From contig NW_024704761.1 of the NCBI RefSeq assembly GCF_018977255.1, positions 2,294,001-2,358,000 on the forward strand: a stretch of DNA of 64,000 bases, in the 5' to 3' direction. Origin of the DNA: Callorhinchus milii (lineage: Eukaryota). Under the pieces are notes generated by a model that was not told the DNA's origin, did no database searches, and worked only from the letters and a program-made list of their open reading frames with translations. The position numbers were made by a program, and so were the translations under genes. This document shows positions 1-12,341 of this stretch, in pieces (positions within the stretch are counted from its first letter, which is position 1; every line of letters begins with the position of its first letter).

Positions 1-459
1 AAATTACACAATCCTCTTTGCACATAGAGAGTGTGGTGAGAATGTGGAACTCACTGCCGGAAATTGTGCAATACAAACTTACAGTGGGTCTTTTTAACAA
101 CAACAACTTGCACTTATATAGAACCCTTCACGCCGGACAGTGTCTCAGAGCGCTTAGATCCACAACCTTCTGACTCGGATGGGAGAGTGCTACCACTGAG
201 CCTCCGTGACAGCCTATCTGTGTCCACACAACAGTATTGCATTTTACCTTTTCAACCCGTGGATCCCATGGATGTCCCCCAGTTTGCGCCTCATAGACTC
301 GTCATCGTCCAGGTCCCTGACAATAAACCAAGCACATCAACCTCCTGAGCGTCAATATTCGATAAACTCGAGCTGAGAATTCACGACACGTCCCATATCA
401 CTTAATGTGATCGTAGTTCTATCCCTTAAACAAAAGGGGGTAAAAAAAATAATACTCAC

Positions 460-3331
460 CACATGTCCATGTGGAACTCTGACTTATGGCAATTTGCAAC
501 TTCCCTGGTAACAAACACACACACACACACACACTGGGGTTAGTGGGAACAAAGGCACAAGGCAGCTTCTCTCAAATCCCATGGAAAGGATCGACTACAG
601 GAACAAGATTATACTGAGCTCCACCTGGATAGTTCGAGGTGAACAAAAATCAGTCACTATATATCCCTCATAATCTGAGCCAATAGAAAACTGAGCCCAT
701 AGTTAGGACTTGGAAGGGCCGACTAGTCACTGGGGGGCAGGGAATCCTCCCACTCAGCTCCTGGTAACCCTGCAAACCAATGTTAATCCTGTTAACCCTG
801 CAGACCAAGAGGTCCGAGCCAGATTAGCAGCAGGAAAGCTTGCCAGGCAATGCCGTTTTAGCTGATTAGACGCCAGAAGTTACCCCAAACGCTCACTCTT
901 TGGCCCTCAAACCCTCTTGATACCCTTACCTAACAAACATCTATCCACCTCACTCCTGGAAAGCAGTGACATCTAAACAGCTCACAATCCTTTTCCGCTT
1001 GTGTCTACATGCTCTTGTGTCAGGGTTTGTGACTTTGCTAAAGATACGACCATGTTGGTTCCTCTCCATCTCTCGGTGTCAATATAATCTGTCCCTGAGC
1101 TGCCTGCTCTGTCCTCCCCTGTCTCTGACAAGCTCTGCTCCGCTCCACTCACAGTTGGAAGGTTTCATTCCAAATGGGATTCAGCGTTTGTATCTTCACT
1201 TCTGTTCGTTTAATTTGATCCTCGGGGATGGAATCCTTCACCACGGCTTTCTGCCGTCTCCGAGGCAGGGGACTGTCCCCTCTGTGCACATCTTCGTCCT
1301 GCTGTTCTTCACCACCGCAACACCCAACAGACAGTAGGGGTCACTGAAGCCTGCAGAGGGGACACGGTTTATACAGTGACCCACATGGCGACACACACAG
1401 CGATACTCATGGTCCACACTTGATAGTAAATCCTGTGCAGATGTATCAAATATAAGGATTATTATTCTATCACCCTTCAGCCTCCTCCACTCCAATAGGA
1501 AGATTCCTAAACTCTCCAGCCGCTGTTTATAGATATAATCTCCGGGATCATCCTTGTGAACCTACGCTGCCCCCTCTCATCGTTCTAATCCCTGTCTGGC
1601 CTTAAAACTGCTCCACAATGTCCCAGTCGCAGGAATAACACATTCATTGTCACTTTGCTTTTCGATTGTTCTGGATGTTGGGATAGCAGCGATGATTGTC
1701 CCACAGCGACAGGAACTAGAAACACTCACCAGTTGCATCTTTGGCCAAAAGACCCTTCGCTTCCTTCACCATAACCTTCAGAAAGGTGGCCGGCCACTGT
1801 GAGAGAAGCAACGAGAGAGAGTGAGAGAGAGAGAATGAGAACCATCTCACACACCTGTGATGTCAGCACAGGAACCTTAGTGTGTGAGAGAGTGTCCCAC
1901 TCCCACTAGAAAATATTCTCTCACTGGAACACTCTGCTAGTATCAGCCTGGCTCACTGTAAAGAGCATCAGTAAAGGGGGGAAGGGGAGGGAGGGGAAAC
2001 AGGAGTTGGGCCACGTAAGTGGGTCATGACAGTTTGGGTTCCAACACTGTCCATGAGTTCAGGATGGAGAGAACGCGTGCGAGACATTAACCAGCAACTC
2101 CAAAAGGTAAGATAATTTGTGTGCTTACCTTCAGCTGTCTGACCCTGTTCAGGACGAGCCTATGCTCCTCTGTGTCCTTGGCAAACACCTGCGGACACAC
2201 AAAGCACACAGAATAGCTCCACCTTCACTTACAAAACACAGTCACTGCACTTTACAGTACTTTATATCCTGTGAAGCTCTTTGAGATGTTTTGATGACAT
2301 AATAAGGTGCAGTGATGATTACTAATCACTTTTAAAGCCCTCCTCCCTACCTCTACAATCTCTCAACACTATACGAACCTGTCCACTCCCTCAGATCAGG
2401 GCTACTGGCCAGCTCCATATTCCCCACCATTGGCGGTCGGGCCTCAGCGTTTCTGCCCCCACCCTCTCAAACTCCATCCCACAGCCCCTCCACCTCATCT
2501 CCTCCTTCAAAGCCTGTCTCAAGACCCTCCTCTTTGCCCGTGCATTCAGCCACACTCCCATTGCCCCAAGCCCTCTTGATTCCAACCCCCAGTTTGGGTG
2601 CAAACTTTTAACTGTCAGGGCCTTGGGACATCCTCCTAATGTGAAGGGCGCTGTGTAAATGCAACTTGTCGGTTATTGTTGTTAATCAGGAGACCACCAT
2701 GGTGCAGGTTCAGTCTGGGCAGTGAGGCTGCAGGTACTCACATCCTGAAGGTACTGGAGGAGCTGGCTCTCCTCGCGGCTCCGCCCCCCTGGTGGCTTCC
2801 CCACCCGATGGACAAACGTGTAGAGAACTTCTTCATACAACAAGTCCAGCTGTAGAGAAGCAAAGAAACTCCAGAACTTGTCACTCAGCAGAGAGACAGA
2901 GTGAACATTCCAGCCTGGCTTCTCCACAACATCACATGCACATAAACCAAGTCCTCGCTCACACACAACAGCCGGCATTGAAGTGATAACGTTGTTATCA
3001 GCTATTGGGGAGAACAGGTGTAACACATACACACACATGGCTCTGTATCTCAGTGACTGAGAGAAAGTTTAATAAAACTGAGTGTTATCAATGTGTATCT
3101 GCTGCACATGGGATGTTGTGTCAGAGAGAGGGTATGTGTGTGAGAGAGTGTGAGAGAAAGAGGGAGACGGAGACAGCACTCCAAGAAGCCGTCCGCCGTA
3201 ATTTAAAGGGCGCTATATGAATGCAAGTTGTTGTTGTTATGCAATGTGCACACTCAGACCTTTACCTCTTCTTTGCTGAATTGGGACATGCTGCTGTGAC
3301 CTCTCACAGGAACGTCAGACACTGGTTCCAT
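460..3331 (-). CDS. UNC13D: Munc13-4 (unc-13 homolog D), 5' exons only; gene continues beyond the left edge; one exon is frameshifted as given
   Basis: GT-AG exons 3331-3266 (MEPVSDV..FSKEE), 2849-2742 ([24 protein letters not shown]), 2188-2129 ([20 protein letters not shown]), 1796-1730 (..[17 protein letters not shown]), 1350-1153 ([10 protein letters not shown] / [23 protein letters not shown]) and 504-460 (..EFHMDMW). These match the Munc13-4 N-terminus and C2A domain; it lies next to WBP2 as in other vertebrates. The true start is uncertain. Confidence 0.92.
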
Positions 3332-4560
3332 CTGTACAAGAGTTTTACACTCATCAGTTATACAAACTGGTCAATTCATACATAATTAATACAATCACCT
3401 CTCAGGGCAGGTGATGGCCTCAACATGGCCTCAAACTCAGCTTCTCAGAGCCACAAACATGTTTTTGGTCAGCCGGGTGTCTGACACATGTGGAAACCCA
3501 TCACCGTGCTTAAAAGTATCCAAACCAAACAGAATTCCATGTCTCCCACCTACATGTACGACACTCAGGCATTTCACCCAGAGTAACTATTGGGAGGAGA
3601 CAAAGTGGCGGTGGTGGGTCAGGCAGAAAATGAATCAGGAAAGTGCAGTCCCCTACAAAAGCCTGAAAGAACCTTTCATCTCTTTAATAGTTGTAATACA
3701 TTGGCCTTGTTCTGATAAGCATCTTTTTAACGCAAGGAAATTCAGATCGCTTCAGACGCAGGTTTTTTTCATCCATTTACTTCACCCTCGAGAGTACCAT
3801 CTCCCTCCCTCCCCCCCATTACAGTATCAAGCTGTTTAAAGATTAGTCTTGGCCTCAACCACCTTTCCTGGTAGCTCGGTTCCAGTCGTAGAGATTAGTT
3901 TAGATATTCCAGCAGCACTGCAACTTCCTGCACCCGCCCCACCGCCCAGACACTCACGGCCTGGTTCATGTCCCCCATCATCGGCAGCCGGGCTTTCAGC
4001 CATTCTACCTCTCTCTGCTCTCAAAAACTGCCTCCACACCCCTCCCTCAGTCAAATTAGTGGCTGCTACAAAGTGTTAATCAACCTCCGCATTTCAAAGT
4101 GTTGTTGGCCAACCTGCAGCTGCCGATGGAGACAGCATTGATTCCCCCTCACGGGCTACAGTTACTGCACTTTCCTGAAGTAAAAAGGCCATAAAGCACC
4201 ACAATCGCACAAGGAACTGTTAGATCTGCTGATTAGACCGCACAGAAGGTTAGAACATAAGAATTTGCCAGGCAAAAGAAGACCAAGGTCCATCTAGTTC
4301 GCTTTCCACCATCCTAGCAGTTACTTGAAACTCCCAAATTATATACTGTATCCTGACATAATAAGAACATAGGTTAGAAATAAACTCAGTTATTTGGTGA
4401 CATACTGAAGAGCTGTGCTGAGATGATTCTTCCCTGTGGCTCACAGAATCGCACTCAAACAAACATAGCTATGTGGGTGATCTTTTGATTATCAGCCGTT
4501 TCCTTCTAGTCACTGTTCTCACATTCCACTCATTACCCAAATCGTCAAAGTGATACTTAC

Positions 4561-4740
4561 GTTGATGTCTGTTCGTCTACCGGTAAGGAAAGCATGATTC
4601 ACAGCAGCAAATGGCGAGTTGAGGGTCTGAGTCTCACGGCTGTTCAGCAAATGCTTCTTTCTAACTTGTGGCACTTCTTCAGCACAGAGGAAACCACAAG
4701 TTTATCTTTGCTTAATCGTTCAACAGCAAAGGAAGTCTTG
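4561..4740 (-). promoter_or_regulatory. Putative UNC13D first (non-coding) exon/promoter with ETS and RUNX motifs
   Basis: Perfect donor (GTAAGT on - strand, 4555-4560); GAGGAA 4687-4692 abutting AACCACA (RUNX) 4692-4698; GGAAGT 4731-4736. Confidence 0.35.
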
Positions 4741-6869
4741 TACCTCTGCAGTCCCCAGCTTTAGCAACAAGTTGTCAGCACGTCACTTTACAGTGGCTTT
4801 ACAGAACCAAGTGACTTTCAGACACAGAAATACTGGAAATCCACAGCAGGTGGATGAGCATCTGGAAGAGAAAATTAGTTTCACAAGATCTAGAAGAAGG
4901 TCCTTCAGCCCATCTGATCTCATTCCTCCAGAACATCCACTTTACCATCTTCCCATTACGGAATCAAGCCGGTTTTAAATGAGCCTCAGTGTCCTGGCCT
5001 CAGTACCCTTCCTGATATACCCTCCAGGGCCTTGGGAAGTCCTCCCGATGTGAAAGACGCTTAAACCAATGTAATTTTGTTGTTGGTAACTTAGTCTAGT
5101 CGTCAATTACGCTCTGGGTAACAACAACCTGCAGTTATATATAGTGCCCCTCAGTGCCCCTCACTCAGAGTAGCGTCCCAGAGTGCTTGACAGTGGTGGA
5201 GCACGGAGCCGGGGGAAGATGACCATAGGCCCAGTCGAAGAGGAAGGTTTCAGGCACGATCTGAAGATGAATTAACTGTTTATCCAATTTATAAAAATGA
5301 CTAGTGCAAAAGAAATCTAAGCAGTTTTTGGTAGGAATCTCAATGGGACTCAGGGGCACGTACTTAGGTGATTCTACAATTTATAAAGACAACTTGGGCG
5401 AGTTTTACTGTATCAGCAGCACAGCTGCCTCAGTATTACAGTTTACACACTCAGTGATTCAAGCACATCCAACAGGCACTGGAGATTGCTCAATTCGTAC
5501 TTCCTGCACTTTCTTGAGCTCAACCACTGCTTTTCACGTGGCATTTTGTGGGCAGATTATATATATATATTATATACATAACACAATTTACATTTATATG
5601 GCACCTTTCATATCAAGACATCTCAGAGCAAATTGGAGGGACTCCAGGATGAATTTGCAGTGCGATAGAATGCCTGAAAGCCCTGCCCACCCGACAGTGG
5701 GGCTGGATTAACCGATATACCAGGTAAACCATGGTTTAGTGGCGGGCGTTGAAAGAAAATTTTGATGCAGACAGTGTTGATGAAATTACGCATTTTCTGT
5801 ATTTCATATCACGTATTAAATGTGAGAAAACTCCACGAGAAATGGAGAACTGTGCTGAATGAATTCTTCACATCAATGGGAGCACTCAGTTGCACATGGA
5901 GGGTGGTGGTGGGGGGGGTGGGGGCTGAAATCCAGTCTGCATCACTGGACATGATATTAGTTAATATATTCTCAAGATGTGTATAAAAAGATACCAACAA
6001 GTCCAGGCCACAAATGGTTTGAAGCAACTCAGTGTCATTCCAGCCAATTTTATTTCGATCAACAATACATTATCATATATTATTTAATAAATAATTTGAT
6101 GCAATTGATATAATTAGATTTTGGTGCAACTTGCATGTGTATCCCTCCTCTTTTTGAATAGTGCCTTGGGATCTTTAACATTCACCTGAACAGGCAGATG
6201 GGACCTCAGCTTAACGGCTCATCCGAAGGACAATGCAACACCGCCCCCGGCGCTGCATTGGATCGTGAGCTTAGAATGCGATTCCAAGTTCCGACGTGCA
6301 GTTTGAACCCACAACCTTCTGACTCAAGAGGCGAGAGAGCTAGCCCGGAGCCAGGCTGAAGCATGAGATGTAATTATCAAGCAACAAAGTTCTTTAAATA
6401 AAGAGAGCTTGGGATCATGACAAAAGACGTGGGAGGTCAACAACACAAACATCCTTTATCAACAGAGCCTCGTTAGTAATACAGCACTGAAGTTAACATC
6501 CCATCATTGGTCCTCCTCTGCCCAAAATAAATTGGTCGCAGTTCATCGTTCTCTTCACTATGTACAACCCTGCCATTCTCTTATTGACGTGCAGAGAAAG
6601 AGCGAGCATGTTCCTCGCTGCTCTCCCGTGTGGGGTCGGGTGCTAAGATGAAGTCCGGATTTCATGGGCCGATGTTCGTGCCCTCTGCGGAACTCACGTA
6701 TTCAGTCTCAACAGCTCAGCAGACAATAGAGAAGCATGGAAAGCCAATGAGGGGTAATGTCTGTACATTCACTGATTCTGCTTGGTAATGTGTGGGGCAA
6801 TACAGAGCCTCCTGCAGCTGTTGGACGGGTATAGATAGGGCAATGCAGAGTGGGCATCTTGCTGTATGC

Positions 6870-9800
6870 TCACTGATTCTGGTTGGGATGACTTGGAGGC
6901 AAGGTACTGCTTGGGTCCTCACTGTGTGGTCGTTGATTTTGGTCAGAAGGCGAGTATGGAGGCGGCTGTTCCTGTTCAGAAAGAGAAAGCCTGGCAATCA
7001 AATTACTAAACAAAAATATTCCAAACTCCACGGGCAGAAATTCTACCTCGGTCTAGATTTACTCTGTTCGTGTGGCATTTTATAGCGCTCAGAATAGAGA
7101 AAATTGCTGAATTCAGTCTTGACTTTAAACACTTGAGGAACAACAGAAGAATTTAAATGCGTCAAATTCTGGACACTCTGAAATGCTACAAAAATGGAGT
7201 AACTCAAACCCAGGTGCAATCTCTCCTCGCACACTGCCAACTATCCAAATGACGAGAGATATCCAAAAGTAAGTTGTTCACGTGACAAGATGCATTGGGT
7301 CAATCGTGGATAGAGGCAGATGTAGATGATAGTTTGTTTCAGTATTTGTCAAACAACATTTGCGACCAACAGAGAGAAAGCTATGTATTGGTCTGGTCCC
7401 TGGCTTACCCTGGGAGCTGGGGCACAGCTGGGATTGTAGCCGCTCGCTGCTGCTTCTGCAGCCTTCATCTCTGCCAGAAACAAACCAAAGTTAACAGCAC
7501 ATTCCAGCAACACAAACCTTCAACCAGCTGTGGAACATGGCTTCTTACTGCAAATATCTACCAGCATAATCCTTATTTCATCACATTCACACCTCACTGG
7601 GAACCTTGCTGATTTTCTAGGCGTGCCGAGGCTAATTATAGTGGCTAAACCTCAGGGTTACAGGGCACTGCTGATAGCAGCTCAGCCAGCTTGGCTCATC
7701 GGCAGAACTTGAAAGGGAGGACTGGTCACTGTAGACAGGGACGTTTCCCATTCAGCTCCTGTTGACCTTGTAAGTGTCCTGACTGGACAACCAGACAACT
7801 GGGAAAGACTGCCAACACACAAGCTGGAGTCCTCAAGCCTTGGCTCTTGCTTTCCCGAATTAGGCAAACGGGATGTAGAGAGAAAGTGTACCTTACGCTC
7901 CAAAAATATCTCTGGAATTTCCATGTATCAGTGGGATGCATGGAACTCTCAAAGTTTTTTGGGGATACTCTTAAGCATGATGGTGGTTTTCAGCAGGTGT
8001 CCAACAGCTGGTTGACTAAATAAAATCCTTACATTTGTCCAAGTTTAGGTGTCGGCATGGCCCACTGGCCAACGACAAATAGATTTATTACTTACCTGCA
8101 GGGGTGCTTGGCATCTGCGTACATGCACTTGGAAAAGCCATTGGTCCTGGATAAGGCGGAGGAGGAGGCAGATAGCGTATGGCATCATCCATTGGAGGTG
8201 GCCCCGGGTAAAATCCAACTGTGAAAGTTAGAGCAGAAGTTTGATATTATAAAACAATCAACACACGCCAAGTGTTTCCATTTGTAGCCTGCACACCACA
8301 GGTACATCTAATAATAATAATACTCCTTGCACTTGTTATAGCGCCTTATCATGTCTTCTAGATGTCTCAAAGCACATCATATGTAGGTAAGTTTCCTTAT
8401 TCCACACGCTTCTATTTACCTAGCGAATAGATCGCCACGTGATGAGGTGTTGTATCAAATGCAAGGATTATTATAATTATTATATAGAGTCCTCAGTGAG
8501 ATACTTGTGAACACATATGCAGGATCCCATTTGATTCCATTGATGACCTGGTTGGAAGATAGATTGCAATTTTCAAACTGGTAAACTATACGATTTGTGA
8601 AATTTGTTACCTCTTTCTTAGAGACAGTCGTGAACTCACTTGGAGGAGGAGGATAGTTTGTGGAAAGTGGTATGGGATATATTCCAGAATCCGTAGATGG
8701 TGTATAACTGTAAGCAGCACCTGCCATAAAACTGTATGTGTCACCTGGATTTTCACCTCTGGAGGCTGTAAAAAACAGCAAGTAATTAATTATTCAGAGT
8801 AGACAATGAGGGTAAAATAATTAGTGTGGGGGAAAAACTCTGTCCCACTGTTCACCCACAGCACCGCCAAGGCACCAATCAAGCGCACCAGCTAATCTGC
8901 CCCTTCAAGTACTGCCACCAAAGCCAAGCTCTGCCTTGGAGTACTGCAGATCCCCTGCACTAACAAGGCTGGATTCTGGCATTCTGTTGCCAGGCACATT
9001 CAACTGAGGGAGCAAGGTGGAGAAGTTAGGACACCAGGAGAAACTCTCTTTTCGAATAATGCAATGGAATTGCTAACATCCACCTAATCAGGCCAAGTGA
9101 GGCCTCGGTTTAACATCCCATTTGAAGGCCGGCATCTCTGACAGTGCAGCACACCCCTGAATTGCAGATCCCAACGTGGGGCTTGAACCCACAACCTTCT
9201 GACTCAGACGGGTGAGTGCCATCAACTGAGCCAGGCTAATAATAACTTGTATTTATCTAGCGCCTTTCAGGGTAGGGTAGTGTCTCGCAACACTTCAAAA
9301 TGGTAACATACCCTGCGATGCTATCTGCAACATCCTCTGTCCAAATTCAATTGCTCCACCACTGGTAAATGTAAGTTTAAATGTTGCTGATCCTTCCCAG
9401 CCTCCTGTGGGAGAAGAGAGGGTTAAGATGGAACAGAATACAACATTCTTAAATCTCTTACTAGAAAGGGTGTAAGAGGAAAGAATGCTGAATTTTATTT
9501 TGGAAAGATAAAATAATGGCCTCCTTCACCCTGTCTTGTGGATCTTGTGAACATGCAATACTTTACCATTAATTGCTGTTACAGCCGAGTACATAACTGC
9601 ACTCATAACTGTAAAATTCACTTGTATAATTCACTCCCAAACACTAATTTCTGCTATAGGATTACAGCATATTATTATTATTAGCATATTATATTTGTTC
9701 GCCCACAAATATACAGTCAATTCACTTTGCAGTGTGTTCTGTGAAGCGCTTTGGGACGTCCTCCCGACGTGAAAAGCGCTATATCAAATGCAAGGATTAT

Positions 9801-12341
9801 TATTATTATTATTATTACAGAGTGCGAGTTGGAGGGTGCCACCCTGCCAAACACTCCCTTTTACCCTGCACATACCTCCTGATTCAGCATTAATTGTCCC
9901 TTTGATGTAGTTAGCACCCAGCATTGGCTGCTTGACCTCACAACCCTTCATCCGGTAAAATGGCATTGTGAAGGACTTCAGTGCCTCTCTCATATCCTTT
10001 GTCACAAAGACCACCTGCAAATAACAGATACAGTGAGGAGTCACTATGACGAACAGAATGGGGAACGGATGCAACATGCAGGTCCAAGAGATTGCTCACA
10101 CTGTCCAAGCGATTTTAAAACTAGATTTGGCAGATTATAGCCAGTGTTCTAACCAATAATCCCCCAAATAAAATTGGTCACTCACTTCATGGCTGTTTGT
10201 GGGACACTGCTGTGCACAAACTGGTGCTGCATTTCACCCACAAAATATACCTTACGATATATCCTGTAAAACCCTTAGAGACATCTTGACGATGTGATAA
10301 GGCGCCATATCAAATCCAGGGATTATTATTGTTATAAAGGCATGTATTACACAGGTATGACCTGTTAAAATGTATATGGGGAGAAATTATCTTTCCTCCA
10401 TGCTTAAGTCTGCTCAGTATTCATCATGACATAGTCAAATTGGCTACAGATATTCGCTAAAGCTCCTGCCTACTGCTTCTGTGGGAAATTGTTCATTCTC
10501 TCTCCCCTTTGATCAGCAATCACTTGCACTACGAACCTCGGTGCCTCCATTGTAACTTGTACAATGTAGGAAATCTATTGTCTCTTTTAGAAAGGAAACC
10601 TTAGTGGGACTGACAAACAAGGCTTTTGTCTCCAGCACTTACTTGATACAACATCAGGTAAACGCTTCCTTTCTTTGAGCCTTTGAAGATATCTGGCATG
10701 TTGTCCATGTCACCGAATGAGAGTTCCACATGATCATATGACATCAGCACACTGTGAATACAAGGGAAAGCAGATTTCATTGACATGGGCCCAACCACAT
10801 TTGCCGCTCCAGCAGAAATGGTCAATCGATCATTGCTCTGGCAAGGCTTGGGTTGCTGTGAAGAATGGGGGTTTCTCCGGGCGTCCAGGCCCACAAGCCC
10901 CCAAATCAAATTGATCATTCGTTTGACGGCTGTTTGCCGTACAGCTGCGGTGCGCAAATCGGCTGCCGCGGTCGCCCACAAAACACAGCCGCTCCACTTT
11001 GCAGTCAATCCCATGGGAAGCGCTCTCGAGACGTCCTCCCGACACAGCAGGAAGTATACCAAACCCGAGGATCACTGTCGTTACGGGAGTCTGGCCGAGA
11101 AACATCACGGCGTACGTTCGCCCACAACAACACAGAACCAGTTCACTTTACAGCGTATCCCGCGAAGGGCTTTTGAGACGTCCCGAAGACGCGAGAAGTC
11201 GCTGTGCCAAACGCGAGGCTTCTTATTCGTGTTGTGTTCATATGTCACGTTCGCTCGGCCGGTCCCGTTCTCGCTGTCTGTCGCTGTGACCGGAGGCGGT
11301 ACCTGAGCTGCCGTCCGGTCTCCCCGTTCACATCCGAGGAGGTTTGAAAAATTGTCCTCAAGAGCATCTGTTGCCCGTAGTTCTTCCCCGATTTCCCTCA
11401 CACATTCTCAGTCGCTGCCATCAAACCCCCGGCGTCCTGTCCACTCTCGTTCCATTTATCTCTTTAACCCCCTCCTTCCTCCCTCCCTCCCTCCACTCAC
11501 CCCCCAAACCCCCTCCTCTCCCCCCCAACTCCTCTCCCCCCCAACTCCTCTCCCCCTCAATCCCCCCTCCTCTCCTCTCCCCCAAACCCCCTCCTCTCCC
11601 CCCATTCCTCCCTCCTCTCCCCCCATCCCCCCTCTCCCCCCAAGCCCCCCTCCTCCCCCCCACCCACCCCCCCCCACTCCCCCCCTCCTCTCCCCCCACC
11701 CCACCTCCTCTCCCCCTCACCCCCCAAACCCCCCTCCTCTCCCCCCAAAGCCCCCCACCCCCACCCCCCAAACCCCCTCCTCTCCCCCCAAATTCCCTCC
11801 TCTTCCCCCCCAACGCCCCCCATCCTCCCCTTCACCCCCCATCCCCCCCCTCCTTCTCTCCCCCAAAACCCCCTCCTCTCTCCCACGGGAGTGGAGTGAG
11901 TGAGTGAGTGAGTGAGGGAGTGAGTGGGTGAGTGAGTGAGTGGGTGAGTGAGTGGGTGAGTGAGTGAGTGAGTGAGTGAGTGGGTGAGGGAGTGTGTGAG
12001 GGAGTGAGTGTGTGAGGGAGTGAGTGGGTGAGTGAGTGAGTGAGTGGGTGAGGGAGTGTGTGAGGGAGTGAGTGGGTGAGGGGGTGTGTGAGGGAGTGAG
12101 TGTGTGAGGGAGTGGGTGAGGGAGTGAGTGTGTGAGGGAGTGAGTGGGTGAGGGAGTGAGTGAGTGAGTGGGTGAGTGAGGGAGTGAGTGTGTGAGTGAG
12201 TGTGTGAGGGAGTGAGTGAGTGAGTGTGTGAGGGAGTGAGTGGGTGAGTGTGTGAGGGGGTGGGTGAGGGGGTGTGTGAGGGGGTGGGGGGGCCCTCGGG
12301 TACCTGGAGCCGCTGAGCTGTGGGGGGCAGTTGACCGCCAT
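6870..12341 (-). CDS. WBP2: WW domain-binding protein 2 (GRAM domain + PPxY motifs), 8 coding exons
   Basis: Exons 12341-12304 ([12 protein letters not shown]), 10751-10643 ([19 protein letters not shown]), 10014-9876 (..[21 protein letters not shown]), 9404-9312 ([24 protein letters not shown]), 8765-8640, 8218-8096 ([10 protein letters not shown]), 7470-7409 (KAAEAAAS), 6971-6870 ([11 protein letters not shown]). All phases are compatible. Confidence 0.95.
11460..12290. repeat. Low-complexity tract in WBP2 intron 1: C/T-rich block (11460-11880) then degenerate (GAGT/GTGA)n (11890-12290)
   Basis: Seen directly; it is the source of the spurious Pro-, Gly- and THS-rich ORFs. Confidence 0.9.

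Noticed and set aside
3655-3776. Possible coding exon 1 of UNC13D (MDEKNLRLKRSEF..)
   Set aside because: In-frame TAA precedes any usable donor and there is no recognisable homology.
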